Position numbers and translations under genes: made by a program. The notes below the pieces were generated by a model. The model searched no databases, was not told the DNA's origin, and saw nothing but the letters and a program-made list of their open reading frames with translations. A stretch of 64,000 nt of DNA, taken from positions 160,001-224,000 of the IMG/VR virus record IMGVR_UViG_3300005077_000001, one strand, 5' to 3'. Source of the DNA: a virus (Duplodnaviria; Caudoviricetes). Shown one piece after another: positions 1 through 10,700 of the stretch. Numbering within the stretch: position 1 is the first letter of the stretch; the number at the start of each line of letters is the position of its first letter.

Positions 1-2
1 AT

Positions 3-3000
3 TCTTGCATAGATAGCATAGAAACACAGGTTAATGAATATATGTTTAATCCAGAGATTGATATAAGTGGCTATGTATTGGTAATAAGCTTTAGGAAAGA
101 AACCAATTTAATAGAATATTCTATTATTACTGCTGAAACTTATTATTCCATAATAAAATGTTTCAGTGGATTTATGGGAAAAGCTGCAAATTGTTGGAGT
201 TGTGATTATTTCCTTTATTGCGGATGCGATGTTAAAGGCTCTATTAATATTATGAGTTTCAAAAAAGATGCAGTTACAATGAGGGAATACTTACTTGACT
301 ATTTATCGTTTTTAATTACAGATTATAATGTAAATTCTCATTACGCATGTGATTCATATAGGCTTTCTAGAATTGATTATAATTCTCCTTACATAAGTGA
401 TATGTCCCCTCCCGGTAATTCTATTCTTAATGATAGATTTCTTAATAACGTATCAGATGAAGGAAAAATTATATTTAATCTGAGAGATGCTAGTACTAGT
501 GTATCAGGTTTGAATACTAATATATGGATTAAACGACAAGATTATTTTACTTCCTCTACTGATGTTTATGACAACTTTAGTTTTTATACAAATGATTATA
601 AAACCACAACCAGTGGGTATGGATGGAATACTTTTAACGCAACTAAAGCTTATAAATTTATTACGAATGAAAATTATATAAATCTACAATCCTATCTTGA
701 TAGAATATACCATAGAACTGATTCTATATGCAATATTAGTGGTACCAATGCATTAGAAATTACTACTAGTGGAAACACTGCATTAACATCCTCTCCTATG
801 CTATATTGGACTATTCCGTCTGGATATACTACTTGGAGTATGGATACTAAATTACAAGTCTATCGGGATACCCTAAATGAGAACCAATGGGCCGGAATTG
901 GAATTAGTACTTCTCCAACTGTTACTTCAGGTAATTATATATATTTAATGGCTAGCACAACTAGTGGAGGTCGTCACATAATTATTAATAGTAGCACACC
1001 ATCTTACACTACATCAGGAGTCAGACCCTATCCAGACCCATACGAATACTATTTAAGAATGGACAGAACCGGAAATTCTTTAAGTTGTAAATGGTCAATA
1101 GACAAAACCAATTGGACTACTTTAAAAACAGTGACATTAACAGAATACAGTTCTGATTTATATGTGGGCCCATTGGTTATAAACACTAATACCAACAATT
1201 CTAAAACAACTGCTTACTTTGATTATATACATATTAATTGTTCTGGAGTTAATAATTTTATTTCTAGTACAGATTCATGGGAATTACTTACATTCCAAGG
1301 ATCACAACTAAATAATACAAGTAATACTGGAACGACTATTTTTTCAAAAATGAATAATTTATTATACAATTTTTCATATGAACTAGAAGAGAGTCTACCA
1401 TTAGAACCTAATGAGCAAGTGTATATTAGAATAGAAACATCAGATAAAAAAGACTTGCAATTACAATACACACCAGAGGATAGCCTGTTATTTATTTCTT
1501 CAGATATACCTATGTTATCACCATTATCTACCCGTGTTAGCGGTAATATAATAGATATATCTCCTTACAACCATACTATAAATTGTAATAATGGCGTTGT
1601 TGGTACGTATCGGCCTTTTCCTACTTACACTCAAGGTTGCCAAGATATGTATATTTCTGATGCAACATTATCGGGAATTTATCAAGGAACTTCCAGTATA
1701 GATTTTCATAGTAATGGGGAATCTTATTTATCTACTGATTATACTACGAACTTATGTTTAGGAGATGAATGGACAATACATTGTTTTTCCTATTTTATTT
1801 CTTTTTCATCTACTCAGCTTATTAATATATCTACTAGCACACAACGTCAGGTTTCATTAGGGGTGAATTCTACAGGTTACCTAATATGCTATGTTCTTAA
1901 CACAGCTTATGTCTTGAGTAATTACGCATTACAAAAAAACAGATGGTATCACTTAGCATTAATAAGAAAAAATGAATGGTTATATGGGTTTATAGATGGA
2001 GAAAGACAACCTAATGGGGTATACTATCCTACTTCTTTTAGCACTAGTCCTTGTGCAGCTTTGATAGGTACTTCGTTTGATGGGTATATGGACTTAGTTG
2101 TAGTAGAATCCAAAGCTAATTGGAAAGAAAATTTTAATTGTAGTAATAAGTTAGATTGTATTTACGGATTTAAAATACTAAATGAGTCTATTCTTAATGT
2201 TGAATTTAATATAGTAGAAGATGCTAATAGCCCTAAATTAATTGATGTTTCTCCACTTAGGAATACACTAGATTTTTGTCCTGACCAGTCTATAATTTTT
2301 GATGTACTTGATGATTATACTGGAATAAATTGGTCTAGATTGAATGTAGAAATTGATGGTGACTTATTAATACAGAATGGACAAGATATATCTAGTCGAG
2401 TTGGTAGGGGGTTATTAAGTTGGGAATCTAGGGGCACTTTAGACGGGGAATGGGTGTCGTATGGTCCTTGCACAGTAGAAGAATTGAGTGAGCCAGTAGA
2501 AGAGGATGATAAATTATTCGTTAATATAAATGCTTTAGCTCCCACTTATTGTGAGCCCATGGTTTCTGGGATAAATAGAACTTTATACCCTCCTGGAACA
2601 GTCTACCCTAATAGTGGTGCATGGGGCTATAGATTCACCTACTCATTTAATCCCAACGAGTTACCTTATAATCATAATATAGTAGTCAAAGTCTGGGGAG
2701 AGGATAATTATTTAGAACCTAATTTAATAAGTGATCAATATTCTATTTATACAATTACAAATGAGAATATCCAATCAGATAATTTTTTTGTTCCGGTAGG
2801 GGAGAGCACTACTATCTATGATTTTTCAGAATTAACGTGTGATTTCTATGATGTAGATTATCCTATTACTGATCTTATAACTGCAAGTTCCTATTTGATA
2901 AGATCCGATGGATTAAGAACTGAAACTTGTAGTGGTATATATTGGACTACTAGAAGTGGAATAAGCTATCCTATCTACACATTACATTATAAACCAGAAG

Positions 3001-3467
3001 ATTATTTTAGGTGGGATACGGAAAGAAAAACAACCTATGAGGTTACAATTGTAAATAATAATTCTTATTGTTATGTAGAAAGAAAGTTTGAATTTATCAT
3101 CAAACCTGGATGGAGAATTTATTGGGATCACAAAAATTATAGATACCCTCTTACTGATAGAACGTATAATCCGTTTGCTTATGATTCAAATATATCTATC
3201 TTTGTACTTATTAAAAATAATACATTTATGCCTAATAAGCTATTGGAATCTTGTACATTTCACATAGTAAAACCTTCTCATAAGGATTTATATGTAACGT
3301 TAGACCCAAAAATTACACATAAAGATTTAACTGTGAATTTAAAACCACATACCCCATACTTAGAGTATGGGGAATTGGTTGAATGTATTATTGAATGCGA
3401 AGATATGGCTGGAAACAGTATGTCTTACACCTGGTATTTTAGAACAGAAGATAATCCAAATAATTAA
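3..3467 (+). CDS. Large probable virion structural protein with ConA/LamG-like lectin domains; 5'-partial
   Basis: Frame is open from position 3 to the ATG at 42 (no stop), so the gene probably starts upstream of the window. S/T/N/Y-rich. LamG-like segment (WTIHCFSYF...RWYHLALIRKNEWLYGFIDG...FDGYMD), ConA-like segment (YYLRMDRTGNSLSCKWSIDKTNWTTL), C-terminal KDLxVxL repeats. Confidence 0.65.
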   Translation, partial: SCIDSIETQVNEYMFNPEIDISGYVLVISFRKETNLIEYSIITAETYYSIIKCFSGFMGKAANCWSCDYFLYCGCDVKGSINIMSFKKDAVTMREYLLDYLSFLITDYNVNSHYACDSYRLSRIDYNSPYISDMSPPGNSILNDRFLNNVSDEGKIIFNLRDASTSVSGLNTNIWIKRQDYFTSSTDVYDNFSFYTNDYKTTTSGYGWNTFNATKAYKFITNENYINLQSYLDRIYHRTDSICNISGTNALEITTSGNTALTSSPMLYWTIPSGYTTWSMDTKLQVYRDTLNENQWAGIGISTSPTVTSGNYIYLMASTTSGGRHIIINSSTPSYTTSGVRPYPDPYEYYLRMDRTGNSLSCKWSIDKTNWTTLKTVTLTEYSSDLYVGPLVINTNTNNSKTTAYFDYIHINCSGVNNFISSTDSWELLTFQGSQLNNTSNTGTTIFSKMNNLLYNFSYELEESLPLEPNEQVYIRIETSDKKDLQLQYTPEDSLLFISSDIPMLSPLSTRVSGNIIDISPYNHTINCNNGVVGTYRPFPTYTQGCQDMYISDATLSGIYQGTSSIDFHSNGESYLSTDYTTNLCLGDEWTIHCFSYFISFSSTQLINISTSTQRQVSLGVNSTGYLICYVLNTAYVLSNYALQKNRWYHLALIRKNEWLYGFIDGERQPNGVYYPTSFSTSPCAALIGTSFDGYMDLVVVESKANWKENFNCSNKLDCIYGFKILNESILNVEFNIVEDANSPKLIDVSPLRNTLDFCPDQSIIFDVLDDYTGINWSRLNVEIDGDLLIQNGQDISSRVGRGLLSWESRGTLDGEWVSYGPCTVEELSEPVEEDDKLFVNINALAPTYCEPMVSGINRTLYPPGTVYPNSGAWGYRFTYSFNPNELPYNHNIVVKVWGEDNYLEPNLISDQYSIYTITNENIQSDNFFVPVGESTTIYDFSELTCDFYDVDYPITDLITASSYLIRSDGLRTETCSGIYWTTRSGISYPIYTLHYKPEDYFRWDTERKTTYEVTIVNNNSYCYVERKFEFIIKPGWRIYWDHKNYRYPLTDRTYNPFAYDSNISIFVLIKNNTFMPNKLLESCTFHIVKPSHKDLYVTLDPKITHKDLTVNLKPHTPYLEYGELVECIIECEDMAGNSMSYTWYFRTEDNPNN

Positions 3468-3515
3468 GTATCTTTAAACATTAAGTAGTAATATAAAAAC
3501 TATAAAGGTGTATAT

Positions 3516-4451
3516 ATGGCTAAAAAATGGACTGAGGAAGAAGTGAATATACTTAGAGAGAATTATGGGAAGATGAGTAATAGGGAGTTGGGGAATATAT
3601 TAAAAAGAACAACTTGTGCTGTTCAATCTAGGGCAGTTAATATGGGTATTTCTATAAAAAAAGAAACGATACCAGATAAGTGGTCAGAAGAAGAAATACA
3701 GATTTTAAAATGTAATTATAAAGAACAAGATCATAAATTTTTAAGTAAAAAATTAAATAGAAGTATTTCTGCTATTAGGCATATGGGTAGGAAATATAAT
3801 TTAACATCCCTTTATAATAATTACTCTTTAAATGAGGATTATTTTTCAGAGATAAATGAAAATACATTATATTGGGCCGGTTTCATTGCTGCTGATGGTT
3901 CAATTTCCGTAACAAAAAAAGGATATTCGTTAAATATAGGATTGAGTATTAAAGATAAAGTTATATTAGACCGTTTTAAAAAAGAACTAAAATACGACGG
4001 ACCAGTAAAAATTAAAACATCAGAAAAGATATGCTATTTATATGTTTATTCTAAGAAAATTATAGAAGATTTAAATAATAATTTTAATATCGCACCTAGA
4101 AAAACTTTTATTTATGTACCTCCACCATTACCTGATAATTTAAAAAGTTCTTTTGCTATTGGTTTAATAGACGGAGATGGTCATATAGGAATAAGTAAAG
4201 AAGGATATTTACATATTTCTTTATATGGAAGTTTTAACACAGTTCTTTGGTTCAAAAAATTTGTTAATCAGATTGTTGATGCACCTAATAAAATAAAACA
4301 ACAAAAAAATAGTTATGCTTTTGTGATTAAGGGTAAAAAAGCATTGAAATTAGGAGAATATTTAAATTCAATAAACGTTCCTTTTAGATTAGAAAGAAAA
4401 TGGAATAAAATAGAAGAATGCAAGAAATTAAATAATATAGGAGAACTATAA
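3516..4451 (+). mobile_element. Free-standing LAGLIDADG homing endonuclease with two N-terminal Myb/SANT-like repeats
   Basis: Two LAGLIDADG helices (WAGFIAADGS, FAIGLIDGDGH). N-terminal repeats KWTEEEVNILRENY and KWSEEEIQILKCNY. No intein splicing motifs. Confidence 0.85.
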
Positions 4452-6082
4452 TGGCGGTCCAAACTTATTGGGATGAAATAGACGTTACCACATCAGGTGT
4501 TTATGCATCAACTGAACTTAATATGGCTCATACACAAAGTCAACTCTATGGTCAAGGCACATCTTCTGTATTAATAGGCTCTGTACCTCCTTCAGTTCCT
4601 TTTAATATAACAAGTGCAAATTGCGATTTGAACGTGTGGATGAAGTCTTCAGGTTCTTCAACTTCTAGAATTATAACACTCCCTTCTGGTACTAATTTAG
4701 ATTGTCGTAGTGTGGCACGTTATTTAACTGAAAAACTTCATATGAGTATACCGGCGGGGAATCCAGAATGTTGGACTACTTCCTCTGTTGATTGGGTTAA
4801 CGATCATTTTGAAATTAAAAATGGGTGTGCGGGAGCAAATAGCCAGATAAAAGTACAAAGTACTTCAAATAGTGCTGCAACTACGTTAGGGTTTACTGAA
4901 GATGTTGTATATGATGGTACTGACCAAGGACGTAATTACTACGGGTATTATAGCTCTCAAGGTAGATTAACAAACGTATATTCTGGGAGCTGTGCCGTAG
5001 ATGGGACGTGTACATTAGGTGGTTATGATGAGTATACTATAACGGCTGTGGAAAGTGCTTTAGGTGGCGGAGGTGCTACTTTAATTGCTCATCCATCAGG
5101 CACATTTTCTGGAGATGTAACAATTGGAGGAATCTATAATTACCATAAAGATGCATATTTATATATGCACGTAACGGCGTCTGGTGGTAGTGCTTACGCC
5201 AATGGAATATCAACTACTTGTCCTCAATTATCTTGGTATATGATAACTCCTACAGCCTCTGGTGGTATAGATCCTTATCTCACTTCTATGTCAGGCACGA
5301 TACCTCTATTATTTCCAGATAGACCAGTGTTTGTTGGGGATAGGGGGCTGTGGGTTAAGTTCACTAATAACCCATTTGATACTCAAGAAGCTTGGACTAT
5401 TGAATGTTCTGGTATACAAAAAGGAGCAAATTATACTGCTGGTCAATCTGAACGTAAAATAATATGGAGTTCTTTAACTGGGGACATCGAATGGGAACCT
5501 CAAGATACTGCTACACCAGGTAGTTTTATAGACATAGGTAAATATGGGCTAACTATGTCCTTTGACGAAGCTTACCCTATTGAATCAGGTGATACATTTA
5601 GAATTAAAGTCCCAGGCCCTTCAGTATACTCTCATGATGTTACCTCTGTAAATTTGGGTAATATTACAGTATCAACAACATCTCGTGTATTTTGTACAAG
5701 ATTTGGTATTTTAAGTGGTGCAGTTTCTTTGGATAATGTTAAATTTGGCTTACTATCAGACGGCGGCATGTCTCAAAGAAATGGGGTAGACACTTATTTT
5801 AGTTATGGAACAGTAGGAGCTGGTCAAGAGGCCGTGGATGGTGATTTACATTGGCAATTCAGAAATGGAGTTGATAAAACTGATTTAACAGGTACACCTG
5901 TTTACTTATATGCAACTGATCCTGATTTACAAGAAGTTGCTAGTGCAGATGATTCTAAAACTATAGGTGTATCTTCGTACGAAGGACTCCAATCAGATTT
6001 TATTTGGAATGCAATTAGATTAGGAGCGGATGAGGCAGGCGCTAAGACGATTGCATATCGTATATATTTCGATTATTCGTAA
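4451..6082 (+). CDS. Probable virion structural protein (543 aa, G/S/T-rich)
   Basis: Long ORF coupled to the upstream gene (TAATG), beta-rich composition, located in the structural block; no family recognised. Confidence 0.5.
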   Translation: MAVQTYWDEIDVTTSGVYASTELNMAHTQSQLYGQGTSSVLIGSVPPSVPFNITSANCDLNVWMKSSGSSTSRIITLPSGTNLDCRSVARYLTEKLHMSIPAGNPECWTTSSVDWVNDHFEIKNGCAGANSQIKVQSTSNSAATTLGFTEDVVYDGTDQGRNYYGYYSSQGRLTNVYSGSCAVDGTCTLGGYDEYTITAVESALGGGGATLIAHPSGTFSGDVTIGGIYNYHKDAYLYMHVTASGGSAYANGISTTCPQLSWYMITPTASGGIDPYLTSMSGTIPLLFPDRPVFVGDRGLWVKFTNNPFDTQEAWTIECSGIQKGANYTAGQSERKIIWSSLTGDIEWEPQDTATPGSFIDIGKYGLTMSFDEAYPIESGDTFRIKVPGPSVYSHDVTSVNLGNITVSTTSRVFCTRFGILSGAVSLDNVKFGLLSDGGMSQRNGVDTYFSYGTVGAGQEAVDGDLHWQFRNGVDKTDLTGTPVYLYATDPDLQEVASADDSKTIGVSSYEGLQSDFIWNAIRLGADEAGAKTIAYRIYFDYS

Positions 6083-6117
6083 GAATTAACAATAACTTAT
6101 AAAAAAAGGAGCATCAA

Positions 6118-6378
6118 ATGAGATATAGCTATTCAGTTGAAGCAATACAATTAAAGGATGCAGTTTACGATAAGGATGGGAAAAAGTTAGCTGATAAAGG
6201 AGACTTTTTAGTTATAGATAATCATGAACAATACTATACGTCTAAAGAAGAATTTCAAAGGAAATTTTATGCGTCATCTTGTAATATTTCGGTACCTACG
6301 TATAGTTGGACTCCTATACGGTATAATAATGAAAACCTTATGTTCAATAGGTTCAATAGTATAAGCCATATGGTGTAA
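6118..6378 (+). CDS. Hypothetical protein
   Basis: AAGGAG SD upstream; ORF track. Confidence 0.6.
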   Translation: MRYSYSVEAIQLKDAVYDKDGKKLADKGDFLVIDNHEQYYTSKEEFQRKFYASSCNISVPTYSWTPIRYNNENLMFNRFNSISHMV

Positions 6379-6381
6379 AGA

Positions 6382-7050
6382 ATGGAAAGAACATATCCTA
6401 GAGAAATAGAATTAACTGATGATCAATATGCTTTGATAGATAGAGTAAGGGATCGTATTGGTGATTCTATTATGTTTAAACATGAGTATATGGATGCTTC
6501 ACAATCTGCTGTGAATGCTAAACTAGTTGCTGGTGGCATGTCTTACTATGACCCTGTTAATTTTTATTGGCCTTATAATATAGTGGTAAACGGGACAACT
6601 TATTCAGGGGTAACAAACCCTTCAGTTTCCCGATATCAATACTTAGAATTTACTACTGTTAGTGGTGGGGGGACTTTAAAGGGAAAAGTTATTGATTTTG
6701 GACTAGAAACATTTAAGTTGTCAGATAAAACAATTTGGAATACCTATCAAAATGTAGACTTAACTGGATTAGTAACAGTTCCTGAATACATAACTGACTA
6801 CATGATATTTTTAAAATGTTGCTTAGATTTATGTAAAATATTAAGAACACGACTAGTAGGAAGTAACTATTCATATACTGAAATAGTAGATGCTGATACT
6901 AGATTTACAAAAGATGCTTCACGTAGTGGAGCAGACCCTTATAAGGATTTGTATAGTAATATTGAACAAGAATTAAATGCAATAATAGATTCTTGTAATA
7001 GGCAGCCTTATACTGGAGGGATAAGAATTGAAGGTGGAGGTTTTATGTAA
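6382..7050 (+). CDS. Possible head-tail adaptor/neck protein
   Basis: N-terminal LIDRVRDRIGD resembles the (V)RxxIGD motif of phage adaptor proteins; structural context. Confidence 0.35.
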   Translation: MERTYPREIELTDDQYALIDRVRDRIGDSIMFKHEYMDASQSAVNAKLVAGGMSYYDPVNFYWPYNIVVNGTTYSGVTNPSVSRYQYLEFTTVSGGGTLKGKVIDFGLETFKLSDKTIWNTYQNVDLTGLVTVPEYITDYMIFLKCCLDLCKILRTRLVGSNYSYTEIVDADTRFTKDASRSGADPYKDLYSNIEQELNAIIDSCNRQPYTGGIRIEGGGFM

Positions 7051-7409
7051 TGTATAATTTAATACAAGGAAAACTAGAAAATGTAGCTTATAAGATAAAA
7101 GGGACAATATTTATTCTCAAACGAAATATAAAGATTACATACCAATTTTATAAGACTCTAAAGAAATATGGATATCACGAAGCAAAGCATATTATTGAGG
7201 ATTACACTACAACAAAAGAATGTATTCCAAAATACAGGGATATGTGTAAGTTTTTATTTGATAAAAAAACTAATAATAAAAGTGATATTGAATTAGTAAA
7301 GCTATCAAAATTATCTGATACAATGGACGCTGATAGTCTAGATTTTCATAATGAAATGAAAAGGAGATTTAAAGAACGTCTTAATACCCCGGCTTATAGA
7401 AAGGCATAG
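7050..7409 (+). CDS. Hypothetical protein
   Basis: GGAGG SD, TAATG overlap with the upstream gene. Confidence 0.6.
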   Translation: MYNLIQGKLENVAYKIKGTIFILKRNIKITYQFYKTLKKYGYHEAKHIIEDYTTTKECIPKYRDMCKFLFDKKTNNKSDIELVKLSKLSDTMDADSLDFHNEMKRRFKERLNTPAYRKA

Positions 7410-7410
7410 T

Positions 7411-7734
7411 ATGATGAGAGGATGGGTAGTTAAATACATTGATGGTGAAATAATATCTGAGTGGGAGTTTAATCAACCATTCAGATTCCTTCCCCGTCAA
7501 CATGAAATACAATCGGTGGCTTTATTCTGGAATCCTAAAAAGTATTGGGTATTCTCAGATAAGAAGCATTATTTTGAATCAAAGAAAGGTATGTTCTTAA
7601 TGGGAGTTCCTAGCCCGGAAGGTGGTTTTATTGTATCTAGGTCCATAGGTTATTATGAAGGAAATAAGAAAGTTACATGGACTGTAGATGAATCAACAGG
7701 AGTATTAAATGAACCAGAAATCCAGGAGTTCTAA
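7411..7734 (+). CDS. Hypothetical protein
   Basis: ORF tightly packed between neighbours. Confidence 0.6.
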   Translation: MMRGWVVKYIDGEIISEWEFNQPFRFLPRQHEIQSVALFWNPKKYWVFSDKKHYFESKKGMFLMGVPSPEGGFIVSRSIGYYEGNKKVTWTVDESTGVLNEPEIQEF

Positions 7735-10700
7735 TGCCATCTCATTTAAAGTTTCGTATAAAACATCCAACGGAGACAACACACTGTAATCTAAACGACT
7801 ATCCACCAGACCTAAAAAAGTCATTAGAAGATAATAAAGTAATAAGTCCTAACGATTATAATATAACAAACAGTACTTGTGCTTTCTTAATGAAGTTTGG
7901 CTTTGAAGGAACAGTTCCTACAGATAAAGTCTTTTATGGTGATTCAGCCGGTAGTCAAGCTAAGTCTATCTATTTATGCGGGATTAGATTTTCTACTAAA
8001 AACGTTCTTTTAAAACCTTCCGAAACTAATAATCCAATCGTAGAAGAGGATAAGTATTTTGTTAGTGGAGCAAAAAAGGTAGAAGATTCTGATGAATTAA
8101 CTAATATAAAAAACTACTCCTATTATAAAGATATTTTTATTTGCAAATATATTGATAAATGGACAGCGAAATCAGAAATAGGTCCGAATAATTTAGTTAA
8201 AGCATGCATGTGTAATTGTTATTGCCCTCGTGGTGGATTGGGGGCTGGATTTAATACACAGAATTATGATGGTGCTCTTAAAGATATAGGGGCATTCAAC
8301 ATGGATTCCAATAATGTTTTGTATGACCAGCTAAAAGACGGGGATGCACGACTAGTTAGAAGAGCATATTCAGGCCCTATATTAAAGAATCTCCCAAAAG
8401 ATAAAAAATTATTAAATGAACCTAGAACACTAAGTTATTTGTATATGATGCTAAATGCCAGAGCTTCAGTTATGAGTTGTTGTTATTGGAATAATTCCCA
8501 GGTTCTAATTTATCAACCTAACTGGTTTAGAACAATAGATTTGGCATACGCTAAACTAAATGCCCGAGTAAATGATAAGATAACTAAACAAATGGTTGGT
8601 ACTGACCTCATAGAAAACTATACATACATCACTAGCGATTATTATCCACAAACTGACGAAGACTATGAGGTTAAAAATAGGCTATTAAATAGAAATTATG
8701 ATTTTACTTTACCTAATACACCTACAGGGAATAATGCTAGAATTCTTATTTCTTTAAAAGAAGAGATTACAGGTGGATTAGTAAAAAACGATAATAAATC
8801 AGAGCATTGTGCTAAATACAACAATTGGCATTATCATAACGAAGGCTTTTTTTGCCCAGAAAACTGTGCTCATCCTAACTATGAGGTTAGGTATAAGTGG
8901 GGTTGTGTTTGCAATGGAGGAGGAGCATTTTCTTTAGATGACCAGATAGCTTGTCCTTATTACCACAGCCCTATAGCTGGAGATAAAGATGCTGAATTAA
9001 ATTCTGCTCTCACTAAACTTTACCCCGGTGATTATGTATCTGCTGCTGCTATTCTTGAATTAATGTGGTTGTCTAAAGGAGGATTTCCTTGGACACAAAA
9101 AGAATGGGAAGCAAGATGGAAGATTCCTTACATATGGGTTACCCTTCCATATTCCCCTATAGATATAAATGAATGGGGTCAGAGAAAACCAACTACGCAA
9201 TCTATTTATACTGAGGATGGAATACCTAAAGATGTATTCTATTATAATGATGCAAATCAAAGATATAAACAAGCGATGTACGTTCCTAGAATTATTTCTA
9301 AAAAAGTAAGTGTGGATTATCAGACAGGTGTAATAAAGAGAAGTGCTGCATACGCGTTACCAGGAGGAAGTTTAACAGCATTCAAAGTAAGTAATGATGG
9401 GGCAGTAGTTGATGATGCAAAAAAACCAGATTTCCCTACTTTTATAAATTCTTTAGTTTTAGATTCTTTAAGTAGTGTTTCCATATATTTTCCAAGAACA
9501 GATTTTACTATAGGTCTTGTAACTCCTGATGATATAGAGGGGATGAAAGCTTATGTTAATTTAAGACAAAAGGCACATAATGTTCCATATAATAAATTAA
9601 TTTGGAGTGAAAATGGGGCATACACATTAGTATTAGGTACAGCAAGAGGAAGGTTTGAAAAAGTATATTGTTTAAATACCGCTTTCTTATTAGGTGATTG
9701 GCTAACTACTTCAAAATTAGATTTGATTTTAACTGGTAGTACATCTTATCTAACACGAGAGAATCAAGATGTAATAAGAAAACTATTTGATGACTTAATT
9801 AAAAATGATTTGAATACTGATAGGATGTGTTTAGGGAGAACTGATGCATTTAAAGTATATGAGATGTCTGATACAGATTCTACTTTTATTTTTAGGGATG
9901 TGCCCCTAAATTTACTTGTGGATAAAAATATAATTTTAATATTAGCACAAGACCAATACGCTAAATGGATTGTTGATTGGGTATATGTTAGACCTCAATT
10001 TAGACACGCTTGGACTTACCAAAAGGAGACTACCTTATTAAGTGATTGGAAAAATTGGAATGGAAGACCTAGGTATGTAACAAACAACGATAAGGTACAA
10101 GTAGGTAAAGCAACAGATAACGATAAAAAATATTTAAAAATACCAGAAAAATCTGGAATTACCAAATGGCAATATTTTGATATTTCAGTTCCTAATTTAA
10201 CAGATTATGCTGATGATTCACCAGAAGCTAAAGCAAAACAATCTACTAATTCTCCATACTCTTATGGGGATTTAGAACCTTATATGACGTACCAGCCTAT
10301 TTATGCGAACCAAGCAACAATTTATGATAGCAGGGAAGACTCAAGCTTACAATCTACTCTTGGTGCTAAACTAGGGGGTATAGGTGTTACTGTTGCTTCG
10401 GGTAATGAGAACGGAGCTATTCTACCCTCAGATTTAGAATCTTATTTACAAAATGTAAAACCTGGGAATGGGGGAGAAGTTGGCAACACCACTTGGTATT
10501 CTTTGTCTGCTTGTTCTCCTTATGTAGTTATTGTTGCTGACCCCACTATATTTAGTATACAAAATGAACCTATGGTTTTTAGTATGACAGCCTCAATAAA
10601 AGATGAGAAGGGAAATGTAACAAGTAATGTTCCCTTGATACCAGTTGCTTATACACAAGTTAATCGAAAGTTACCTGCATATGCCGAAAAGAAATCAAAT

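Noticed and set aside
3468-4451. LAGLIDADG genes as group I intron ORFs splitting a host gene
   Set aside because: The flanking genes at each of the four sites have their own stops and starts and are not halves of one protein; there is little non-coding room for an intron core.
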